Shown piece after piece: positions 13,365-24,206 of a stretch of 64,000 nucleotides of DNA. A program made the translations under genes and the position numbers. The number at the start of each line of letters is the position of its first letter. The stretch's first letter is position 1. The notes under the pieces are model-generated. The model did no database searches. It saw nothing but the letters and a program-made list of their open reading frames with translations, and had not been told where the DNA came from. Source of the stretch: Paraspadella gotoi (taxonomy: Eukaryota; Animalia; Chaetognatha); assembly GCA_051294375.1 (NCBI GenBank), contig CM119267.1:615523-679522 (forward strand), read 5' to 3'.

Positions 13365-16300
13365 ATGTCCGACACGTGGAATCAAATTCAAGATTTTAAA
13401 AACAAACAAAATTCTCTTCGCGAGAAACTCAAACGTCGAAAAGCAGAGAGGGAAGGACTCGTGGCTGGACTCTTGGACGCTGGCGGGGGCGGTTCCTCCT
13501 CCGCCCCGCTCGAGACAGTCCCGGCCCGGCGCCCGCCGACGCCAACGGTTCGCCGGCTCCTTCGACGACGCCGTCCACCCATGCCGCCGTCGACGCCTCA
13601 GCCTCCCCCGCCGCTGCAGCTCCGCTTCCCCCGCAAGCCCCTGCCGTCGCTCTCGACGCTGAAGTCGAGATGAATCTCTACGTCCTTCTCTGCGACGTCC
13701 GCATCCCAGCCGCCACAAAGGTGACTTAATATCATTTGCATATTGTGGTCTTGTTTCTTTTTTAAATTTCTGGTGTTTTTGTAATAAAGTAAGAAGAAAT
13801 GAGTGAAAGGAGTGAATAAACGAGACTGTGAGAGAGTCTTGATTGAAAGCTTGCAGGGACCTGCTATGTCATTATCTTGTAAGAGTGATGGAGGCCTTAA
13901 ACCACCAAAGCCTGTCCAAAGTCAGGGGCAAGATAGCTTATTTATTAAATGAATGGATAATTTTTATATTGGTTGTACCAATTTCATAGATTTTGATCCT
14001 TGAAAATACCTTTCAAGTGAAGAATACTAGTTGTCCTTAATCCTTAGAATTAACCGCTGCCAAAACTAATTAAATATTGCGGTCATCAAACACGAAAGTC
14101 GTTGATTAACTTTCCCCCCAATTCAGTCCCTTCGCAACTCGATCTCCCGCGCGATGGACGGGAAACCCGTCTCCCTCGCCGTCGTGGACGACCTGCTGCG
14201 GAAGATCGCCGCTCAAGGCCTCGTCTCCCTCGACGCCGTCACCGACGAAGAGGAGGCCGCAGCGGCCGGCGACTTCCGCGTCGTCGGAACGGAGCAGAGC
14301 AAACTTGTCGCCATGGCGACGCACATCGTGGGCGAAGAAAAGCTGGAGGAGATGAGAGGGAGGAAGAGGAAGGAGGCGGAGGAAGAGGAGGAAGAGAGGA
14401 AAGAAAAGGAGGAAGGGAAGAGGCCGACGAAGAGGATGAAGAATGGGAGGAAGGAAGAAGGAAAGAAAAGTTCGGACGAAGATTCTTTGGATTTTCTTTT
14501 GTCGGCGACTTCGACGAAAGAGAAAGAGAAAAAGGAACAGAGCGAAGATATTCTTTATCTTCTTTCCAAACCGACGGCGAAGGAGCAGAGTCTGTCGGAG
14601 AAGTTTAGGTGATGAAGTTTCCTCTCGAACAATCTTTCTTTCGTCAATCCAATTTGGATTCGATTGATAATATAATAATTATATTATTATTATTATAATA
14701 ATTAGCTAATTTTTTATTAATATCAATTGTTAGTTTAATCATCGTTGCCATAATTGACGCCGTTCTATTTCATCGTTTATTCAGATCCGCCGGCGGGAAG
14801 CAGATCAAAGATTTTTGCGATTACATCACCAAAGAGGAATGTCGCCGACAAAGCAAGGACGGACACATTTGCGCCAAGTGAGTCAGCGCCCCTTTGAGGG
14901 TGGGTCGAGCGAAATTAAATTCGAATCGAATATATTTAGATAATTTTGATAATTTTAAAACCATTTCTTCTTTTCTCTCTCTCCCTCTCCCCCTCCCCCC
15001 TTTTTCCTCCACCACTCAAGAGTGCACTACCGCAAGATCCTCTACAAACATACGGACGAGACACTCGGCGACTGCTCCTTCCTCAACACCTGCTTCCACA
15101 TGGACACCTGCAAGTACGTCCACTATGAGATGGACGAGCAGGCGCCTCGCTCCGAGGTCGTCGCCGCGGAGACGTTAGCGAAAAAGTATCGGGTCCAAGA
15201 GGACACGATGCTCTGGCCGGCCCAGTGGGTTCAGTGCGACCTCCGCTTCTTCGACATGACCGTCCTTGGAAAATTCACCGTCATCATGGCCGATCCGCCC
15301 TGGGACATTCACATGGAGCTGCCCTACGGAACCATGTCTGACGACGAGATGAGAAAGTTGCCCGTTCCCAATCTCCAGGTGAGTTCGTTGGAAAAGTCGA
15401 TCCGCATTTGATATACATATATAATTATATAAATATTGATATGTAAAATATATTTGATATTCTTCTTCAACTTGACCAATCACCATCATTTCCAAGGATG
15501 ACGGCTACATCTTCTTGTGGGTGACGGGTCGGGCGATGGAGTTGGGTCGAGAATGTCTCTCTCTCTGGGGCTACGACCGGGTTGATGAGATCATTTGGGT
15601 CAAAACGAATCAACTGCAAAGGATCATCAGAACTGGAAGGACAGGTAACGAATCCTTTTCGCCAATCCAATCTTTTGCACAGAACCATTTCGATCAATTT
15701 TTTTCGATTTATCTATCGTTCGATTCAAATTTTTTCCCCCGAATTTTTCAAATAATGATTTCTTTTTCAGGTCACTGGATCAACCACGGAAAGGAGCATT
15801 GCATCGTTGGAGTGAAAGGGAATCCTCAGTGCAATCGAGGTTTTGACTGCGATATCATCGTCGCCGAGGTCCGTCCAGCCCATTTATTATTATTTGTATT
15901 ATTCCGATTGCTGAGCTTTTTTTTTGCCCACCTTCTCCCGATTCAGGTTCGCGCGACATCTCACAAACCCGACGAAATCTACGGCCTGATCGAACGCCTG
16001 GCGCCTGGCAGGAGGAAGATCGAGCTGTTTGGTCGGCCTCACAATTCGCAGCCTAATTGGACCACGTTGGGAAATCAGGTAGAGAGGCCGCGCGCGCGAG
16101 AGAGAGAGATTGAGACGAAGAACTGTGTTCATCGATGCTGAGTTCGATCTCTCCAGCGAGCAAATTGATTTAAAGACGGATCTTGAACACTTAAACACCA
16201 TCGCCTCGGTTTCCCTCCATTTCCTCTCAGGTCGACGGAGTCAGACTCAGCGAACCCGACGTCGTCAAGCGATTCAAAGCCGTCTACCCCGACGGAAACT

Positions 16301-16395
16301 GCATGCGGCCGCCGGAGTGGTGGCTCAAGGAGCAGAAGAAACTCCAGCAAAAGCAAAAGGAGCAGGCTGAAAAGTTCCAGCAGGCCTCCATATGA
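13365..16395 (+). CDS. METTL3: N6-adenosine (m6A) methyltransferase catalytic subunit
   Basis: Exons 13365-13720, 14127-14608, 14785-14877, 15021-15378, 15497-15644, 15771-15868, 15947-16078 and 16231-16395. Motifs: MSDTW N-terminus, CCCH fingers (FCDYITKEEC; GDCSFLNTCFHMDTCKYVHYE), DPPW, LWVTGRAMELGRECL, NHGKEHC, SHKPDEIY, ELFGRPHN. One base is missing in the C-run at 13504-13507. Confidence 0.97.
13809..13988 (+). mobile_element. 5'-truncated copy of a LINE-3'-end repeat family (same as the 57101-58068 units)
   Basis: Near-identical to the last 180 bp of the roughly 325-bp unit and ends in ...ttggttgtaccaatttcata. Shorter copies occur at about 3690-3711 (+), 20324-20375 (-), 33499-33543 (+), 49804-49912 (-) and 59846-59877 (-). 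Confidence 0.8.
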
Positions 16396-16961
16396 AGAAA
16401 ACTCTTCTCTTTAGATTCTCTTTTTCTTTTCTCTTTTTCACCTTCAATCGTTAGGGATCACGTTTTTGATTTTTTTTTTTTTTAAACTTTCATTATTCGT
16501 AACTTGTGCCTTTGTTAAGGCATCATGCGTTTCCCCCGATAAATATTAACTTGATTTGTTGATTGTATTGTTACGTTAATACATTAGTCACTCATTATCG
16601 TTATTTATTTACTTACATAAGTTTTAAATCTACTGTGGAGATAAACCTGTCGTCGGAACGAGATAGAGAAGCCCAAGAGATCGAAATTGTGATTACGCAT
16701 TTCTATTATATAGTGTTTCATCGAGTACTCGCGGAGCAACTCTATTTAAGTCACTTTTCGGTCGGTCCGTCCGTATGTCTGTCTGTTGGTTTATCCCACT
16801 TACGTTAAATTGTATTGTATTGTATTTATTCATACAGCGTGTCCGAGGACCATGGGCCACAGTGGTTTTACAAAAACACAAAGCAGATAACAGAGATAAA
16901 ATGTATATAATTTGCTTATAGTTGGTTGCTCTTTTGTTCAGACAAAAAAATCCCCAAATCT

Positions 16962-17145
16962 AAGGGACTGCTAGCGCCTCTTTCAGGAAATCCTAAAACT
17001 AAAATAGAATAAAAGATATAATTTTGATGCAGTGCATATAAATATACGGGCTAAGAAAGTCATGTTATGTTATATCATGTCATAAAAAATATATTTGATA
17101 AAGCAGTCACAGCGGCTCAACACATTTGAATTACCGTTCTTGTTC
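16962..17145. repeat. Dispersed repeat with an inverted homologue at about 43485-43635
   Basis: Blocks agggactgctagcgcct and caacacatttgaattaccgttcttgtt recur as reverse complements at 43485-43635. Confidence 0.65.
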
Positions 17146-18530
17146 TTAAAAGATTCAGAATTCTGTTATGATGGAAAAAATGAGTTTTGTTACAATAGCT
17201 AGCCAAATACAGGGAGGTCCAGCACTTTCGAAAACTGTTAGAAAAAATTGTTTAGGTACATCGATACCCTATATTGCAATATGACCCGAAAATCGTGATG
17301 GAAAAATGTTACGTTCATGGCTTCTCTCCTTCAGGAACGTCTGCCTCCTCATGGACTTTTTCATAGACATTTATATTTGGTTTTATTACGTTTACAAAAT
17401 TTTTAAAAAAAGACGAGGATGTACCGGAATTGTCAACCCTCAGTGATCTCTTACTCTCTACGAGTCAACTGCTTATACTACATAGCCCCTTCCGAGATTG
17501 GGTCAAACCTGATTAATCATTATAAAGCCGTAGCCTGTCCAAAATCAGAGGCAAGAAAGATTATATATTAAATTAAGAAATAAGTTAGGCAAAACATTGC
17601 TCGATCTGCTCACAATGGTTTACAACGAAGGGTAAAAAACGTTGGTCTGGCCTTGACCGTGTCTCCAACGCCGTGAAGTCGCCGCGTGGATCTTAACCTT
17701 CCAGCCGCGACTTTTTCGAGGGGCCGTTGGGAATCGCGACGGGAGATAGAGAGAGAGACGAAGCCTACGGGAGAGGAAGGAGACGAACTGGCGGGATTCG
17801 TCACGCGCTTTCGCAACGAATTTGTTGTCCGCTCACGTGTTCGAGCCAATTGTCTTCAGTCGGACGCGAACAATCTAACTTTAAAGTTTATGAAAATTTA
17901 AGTAAAAAACGATCTTCAGTTTTATTGAAGAATTGATATTTTTGAGTTAGTAAAATTACTGATCACTAATACTAATACTACTAATACTAATACTAATAAT
18001 AGCAATACTGGGTTTGAATTAACTCTATCTGCAATAGATTTATCATTTAATGTTGATAATCTACCTGTTATTTTGTTTTCCAACTTTCCTCGGTCTTCCG
18101 CTCGTCGCGCCCTCTCTCTTCCATTTCCTCTTCCTCCTTGAAAAAAAAAGTGAATCGCGGATTCAAATTCTTCCGTTGGCTTCGGCGTCAAAATTCAGTT
18201 CAGAGTCAAAAGCGTCACCGGTCAACATCTCTCTCTCCGTCTCCGTCTCTCGCTTCGTCAACTCCTCATCTTCGTCTCTCCTCATCCTCATCTCCTCATC
18301 TTCGTCCGTCCAAACTCTACTCCTTAAATCATTCGCTTAGAATTCCTCAATAGACTGGAATTTAACAATAAATTAATCACAGAAAATTCGAAGCGAAAAA
18401 TAAAAGAGAAAAATCAACGTCGGCGGAAAAATAAAAAAAAATCATTTTAAGGAATCTTCTGCGACTTCCTCTTCGTCTCTCACTCGTTTTAATCCTCACC
18501 TTTCACAATTCGAAACTGAGAACTCTCGCC

Positions 18531-21500
18531 ATGGCCGACTCGGTCCTCGCCTCACGATCCCTCAACCAAGAGAATGTGGCCCCACTCGGCGACGCCAAGA
18601 CCCGCCTCAAAGACTCCGCGGTCGGACGCCGCCCCGCTCTCGGCACAATCACCAATAACGGGACGAGAGTGCAGCCCAACCGGGCGGCCAAGGTGATGTC
18701 ATGGGGCATGGCATGGCTTGGGGTTTTCATATTTTAATGTTAAGTCCGAGATAAATCAATACTAATGTTGTGTCGAATAAAGTTCCTTACTTATTTTAAG
18801 ATTAAAAATTAAATTAATAATTAATTTTTTTCTTTTTGCTTCCAGACCAAAACTTCCTTCACCGTGTTCACGGATGGCGACGAGAACGCCGCCCCGCCCG
18901 CCCGACCGCCGCCGGCCCGCAGCGGCGCCGCCTCCGCCGCCCCTCAACCCCTTCGCTCCTTCCAGATCCACGAGGATAAAGAGAATGAACCGGCGCGGGC
19001 GGCGCCGTCCAAAGGGCTCTCTCTTCGCGCCGCCGACGCCGTTCTCTCCTCCTTCGACGGAAGCGGCGTCTTATGCGGGGCCAAGGGCGGCGCGGGCGGC
19101 GCCAAGGCGGCGAGCGCCATCCCGAGGGTCTTTCAACTCACTGACGATGCGTCGCTGTTTGATAAGGTAAGGGAGTCGAAGGTGAGGCGAAGGTGAGGCA
19201 CGGACGAATTTCTTGGCGTCTGATCTCGATTGTAGGCGCCAAGACCAGACACCGTGCGAGAATAAAAATCTGCGGAAATTAAATTAAATTAAATTCGAAT
19301 ATATTTCGTCTTTTTTCGCGTTTTTTTTCCGCGACAATGGGTCTGTTAATTGATTTATAAGAAAGTCAAGGTGAGTGAGAATTGATAAGAGGAAAGAATT
19401 GATGGGCGGGGGCCGTTTTCGTTTCATAAAAACGTTTCGATGGTTCACCGTCACGCATTAACCTATTACACATCACTCCACTTCCTCCATTAACCCGTAA
19501 CACTTCACTTCCCTTCCCCCCTCAAGGAATCTCCCATGAAGATCGACTCCTCGCTCCTTCAACTGGAGCGATCACTTCCGGACATCGATGACCCAGAGTC
19601 GAGCGACGATCCCGTTTTCGACTGTCCCGAGTACGCCGCCGACATCTACGAATATCTCGTCCAGGTCAGTTTCTCCTTTCGACCGACCGACCGACCGAGA
19701 TTGATCACGAGTTCATCATCAAAACGAGTCATTCCATTACATTGTGGCGTTATATTCACGCCGCTTCACGTTCATCATCGTTCAGCCAATTCCATTGGCT
19801 CAGAGGGGGAACACATCATCCCAGGCGGTGTGTTCCATCCACAGTCCCTAACGACTTCCCTCTGTTGGCAAAGCGAGACTGTTTTAGGGTAACCGCGCCA
19901 GTGACAGGAGGCGTCACTGAGGGTCGGAAGCCCCCAAAGCCAACAGTGAGATGCCCCATCCCAATGGGCATTACTTTTGGTCAAAATGCCTAAGATTAAC
20001 TCCCCCCTCCCGCTTTGTCCTTCAGTTCGAATGCAAGACGCGACCCAAACCCAAGTACATGCTCAAGCAGCCGGACATCAACATGAACATGCGGGCCATC
20101 CTCGTGGACTGGCTCGTCGAAGTCTCGGAGGAATACAAGCTTCATGACGAGACGCTCTTCCTCGCCGTCAACTACATCGACAGGTGAGGGGAAAATGTTG
20201 GATATTTGGGGAGGGAAAGGAAAGGGTAAGGTGTCGAGATTAAGGAAAGGGTAAGATTTGTCGGTGACGCTAATCGATCGCTTTCTACTTTTTAATTTGT
20301 CAGGTTATATTTCTTAAAAAATTGGTCGAACCAATATAAAAATTATCCATTCATTCAATAAATAACCTTTCTTGTCATTAGACCTTTGATTTGATTTTCT
20401 TTTCCAATTTCTTTAAGTGTTCTATTGTGAGGAAATGATGCCACTTCCTCTTCAACTAGTTTTAATATTGTCAAGAAAATTTAAAGGCGAAAAATTGTCT
20501 TAGTCAAACATCTGAATTTCTCTTTCCCCATTTTCTTTTCGCGCCATTTCTCGAGTCGTGTTTCGGTCACGTGTTTCTATTCGGTCACGTGTCTCCCTTT
20601 TGGGTCACGTGATTTTCTGCCTTTTTCTTTGGTTCAAGTTTTGACCTGAGATCCGTCTCTTCCTCTTCCTCCTCATTCGCCTCCCCCTTCTCCCCCCCTC
20701 GCCTTTTGTTTTTCTCTCTTTCTTTCTCTCTCTCTCACTCTGCCAGTTTGAGAGAGAGAGAGAGAAAGAGACGCCAAAGGAGTAGGAACACATGGCAAAC
20801 GTTAACCATTGCATTGTTCCTCCCGATGTTTCATTTGCATATTCTTTATTCAATTGACTGATTTAGATTCCTCTGCCTTTTTCTTTTGGGTCCAAATGCT
20901 TGAGACCATTTTGTGGCAGGGACAAAGATTCGTCTCAACTCTTCTCCTCGATCCTTCCTCCCGCTTCCAGATTCCTCTCCCAGATGTCGGTGCAGCGCGG
21001 GAAACTCCAACTCGTGGGAACGGCGGCGATGTTCATCGCTTCAAAGTTCGAAGAGATTTATCCTCCCGAGTTGAGCGAATTCGTTTACATCACCGACGAC
21101 ACTTACTCAAAGAAACAAGTCTTGAGGATGGAGCACCTCATCCTCAAAGTAAGGAAGAGATATAACATTACTCCCCCACCCCACTCTCCTATCTGAGGAT
21201 TTGCAATTTGAATCCGGATGACTGATCATTTGTTTATTCGTCTCCGAGAAAAGTTTTGAACGGATTTAAAAATCTCGGCCGCCTCTCGGCTTTCCTCGAT
21301 ATTAATCATTCTCGAAACAAAATGACAAAATTTTTGTTGCAAATGACCGGTTTACATCTTGAGGCTATTTTATTATTTTATATGCATTTTCCAGGCCTCT
21401 ATCGCTCGTCTCGTTGTTGCAGATATCTAGATTTATATATTTATATTTTAATATTATTTATATATATATATTCCTCTTCCACTTTTCTCCGTGAGGTTCT

Positions 21501-21986
21501 CGACTTCGACATGGCCACGCCCACCCGCGGCGTCTTCCTCCGTCGCTTCAACAAATGGTCAACCGCTGACGAGATAACGGATTCTCTTTCCAAGTTTCTC
21601 GCCGAACTGACCCTCGTCGACGGAGATCCTTTCCTTCAGTACGGACCTTCCCTCGTCGCCGCTGCCTCCGTCTGCTTGGCGCGACACACCCTCGGCCACG
21701 AAGCCTGGCCCGACACGCTGGCGACCAAAACGGGATTCGCCTTGGACGATTTGGAGGATTGCCTCAAGGACATTCACAAGTAAAAAGACTAGGGAGAGAA
21801 ACCCTCTTCTTATATAAATTTAAATTAATAATTGTTAAAATAATAATTATTTCCATTTCGATCGCTCGCAGAGCGTTTTTGACGGCAGGCACGCATCAGC
21901 AGCAAGCAGTACGTGAGAAGTACGCCAACGCCAAGCATCACCAAGTTTCGACGCTGAATCCTCCGACTTCGCTTCCTTTCTGCTAA
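18531..21986 (+). CDS. CCNA: Cyclin A
   Basis: Exons 18531-18692, 18846-19166, 19527-19664, 20026-20183, 20971-21148, 21496-21779 and 21872-21986. Motifs: QEN, destruction box [80 protein letters not shown]. Confidence 0.97.
19198..19339 (+). ncRNA. SNORA15: Second SNORA15/ACA15-like H/ACA snoRNA, cyclin A intron 2
   Basis: Same lower stem and pocket as the copy at 12251. Upper stem CTTGGCGTCT/AGGCGCCAAG, H box AGAATA at 19259-19264, second hairpin gcggaaa/tttccgc, and ACA at 19334-19336. Confidence 0.8.
19862..19946 (+). ncRNA. Twister ribozyme candidate, type P5 permutation, cyclin A intron 3
   Basis: P5 ctgttggc/gccaacag; P2 gcga/ccgc; G19877-A19878; T1 ctg/cgg; UAA at 19890-19892; T2 GC/GC; P3 cagtgac/gtcactg; P4 aggg/cccc; L4 U-CGG-AA-GC. 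The core nucleotides of the twister consensus are present, with two A.C mismatches. Confidence 0.75.
20537..20612. promoter_or_regulatory. Candidate intronic regulatory cluster: E2F-type site plus three GTCACGTG E-boxes
   Basis: TTTCGCGCC at 20537-20545 and GGTCACGTG at 20565, 20583 and 20603, in cyclin A intron 4. Confidence 0.35.
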
Positions 21987-23721
21987 TTTTATAATCATAT
22001 CTCCCTACTTTTTCGCCCCCATCCCCCACCCCTTTCCCAATTTCCCTTTAAATTGTTCCTTCTAACAGTTTTTTTTAGATGAGCTGTGGCTAATTTCCTC
22101 CCCTGATCCGTCTCACCCTTAGGCTTAGACTTAATTCTTCATTTAATTCACCAAAGTTGGGCCTTCGACCCGAACCGTGGTAATTTTGCGTTGCGCCCAT
22201 CTCTCGCCTTTCGCTTCGACCTTGATTTCATTTTGATATTTTTTATTGCCGATGCCTTTTTTAATTTTCCATGTTTTGTTGAATGTTTTTAATGTTGTTT
22301 TTTTTAATTAAGACTGTCGTCGTTTTTACGGTCGCCGCGTTTGGAGTTCGCGAGAAAATTAATGTTTTCTTGCCTCGCGCGAAGGACCGCGAAAGCGATT
22401 CACTTACAAATTATTTTTCATCGTCGCTTATTTAATTTTTTTATTTTAATTAGCGGAAACGAAAAAATTGCGATTGTTTTTGGATTTTTTTTTATTAATT
22501 ATGAAGTTTTGCATTGTTGTAAATGCAGGTGAAGGTAGCGTGTTGTAGCTCGCGCGTGATCGTAGTCAATTCCAAACGCTCTCCGTCTCTCTCGTTTTCC
22601 AGCTTTATTATTTTTTGTTACGCAGTTAGTATAAAGTTATAAACTGTACAAAAAAATTTGTTTTGAATAATACGTTTTTTAATTTAAAAAATATTAAAAT
22701 AAAAAATTTGTGTATACAATCGCTTTTTGCTTTTCAAATTAAAGACGAGTCAGTTTTTGTTACAATTGTATTGCGTGATCGAAAATGGGTCACGGAAAAT
22801 GGGTCACTCGCAGATCGATGGTTGTGACGGCACCGCTGAGGAAATCTTACTTCGCCAATTATTAATTTTATTCCTTGAGATTTTAAGGCAAACTTGTTAT
22901 CAGTATTAAAGTTTAAACTTCATTGAAAGTTATCGTTAGTTAAGCAATTTGACAGTTTTATTGAATTCAAAAGGCTGTAAGCCACCTATTTATTCCTAAA
23001 GTTGTTCAGAAAACTTAGGAGAAGAGCTCCGTTAGTAATTGTAATGTTTTGCTAAGCAACAAGCTGCTGTCAAATCAAGTTTAGAATTTGTAGGGCCGAA
23101 GTAAAGATCGAAGAATCTGTCTGCTAATTCATTTTTTTTATTAAAATTCGTGACGAATTATGGTGAGCTGACGTTGTATTAGTAAAACAAATATTTGATA
23201 AAGGAAAGTACACTGTCTCCATTAGATTAGAGACTCCACAAGCCCATTTTACGCTAAGGATTTGAGCACTTCACAGCAACAGTCCTTATAACCAATGATT
23301 GAAAATCATTAATCGCTTGTCTACAGGGGTCTCTGGTTAATCTCTGATTGCTCAAAATTATTTGCCCCACCGTAGAAGCGGATAACAGTTAATCATCAAA
23401 TACGAACCTAAAGCCCATTTATGATCTTTAGGTCATAGATTCTGACTCTTTTTCTTCGGTTCGTACGATAAACAGAATCTGTTAAGCTTTAATCAGTCGA
23501 GAAACTCAAGATGTTCAGTTTGGAATCATTTCTTAGAGGCTCACAGTCCGAAAGGCGGCGAATCTTTCTCTCTCTTACTCTTTCTCGTAAGCAGAGAGTC
23601 GTCCTGGTTATTCCTGGGTTCAACACGGAACAAGTGAATCCGCTTTTGGTTCTAATTTTTCTTCACAACAGGAATGCTCAATAAGTGAATAGATTTATTC
23701 GGACCCAAAACAACAACAAAC

Positions 23722-23994
23722 GGCTAAATTTTACTTTCGCCGACCGCGGTTTTTGAAAAACTATTTAAAAATACTTATTTAAAAAAAAAAATAGTATAAT
23801 TTTGTATAAATTTCAAAATTATTGTCAAACTTAAAAACGCTGATGAAGACTTGAAGATATGTCGAAACATGTCCGTTTTATAAAAATAAAACAAATCGTT
23901 GTTAAAAAAAAATATCTAATTCCCTAAACCACCCCTAAACCACCTTTAACCCTAACCCCCTCCCTAACCCCGGTCGGCGAAAGTAAAAGTAACC
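23722..23994. mobile_element. Small MITE-like element with telomere-like CCCTAA subterminal repeats
   Basis: Perfect 18-bp inverted repeat ttttactttcgccgaccg (23729-23746) / cggtcggcgaaagtaaaa (23971-23988), extendable with mismatches. Degenerate ccctaa repeats at 23921-23970. Confidence 0.65.
23834..23879 (+). ncRNA. Minimal type I hammerhead ribozyme (Penelope-like-element style)
   Basis: Stem I aaaacg/cgtttt; core CUGAUGA; stem II gac/gtc; GAAA; palindromic mini stem III ACAUGU; cleavage triplet GUC ending at 23873. Confidence 0.8.
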
Positions 23995-24206
23995 CCAACA
24001 GACAATCAAGATTTTTGAAAAGTTCGCCAAAGATAAAAAAAAAATTGTACTTTGGTCAATTATTTTTGTCAATTTAAAAAGAATTCGGTTCGCTAAGAAC
24101 GAGATCCATCAATTTTATAAACTTACGAGTTACTCAAACTTAATAATAAACAAATATAAACAATACTCACCCCATCAAGACCCCACCCTTCGCCCCTCCA
24201 TCAAGG

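Noticed and set aside
16126-16190. C/D snoRNA in METTL3 intron 7 (gtgttca/tgaacac terminal stem)
   Set aside because: The C and D boxes are both non-consensus and no convincing guide match was found.
19846-19892. Telomerase RNA template (ccctaac, ttaggg)
   Set aside because: There is less than the 1.5 repeats a template needs, and the region is better explained as a twister with a pseudoknot.
23921-23970. True telomere or chromosome fusion site
   Set aside because: Only a few degenerate CCCTAA units are present, confined within an inverted-repeat element.
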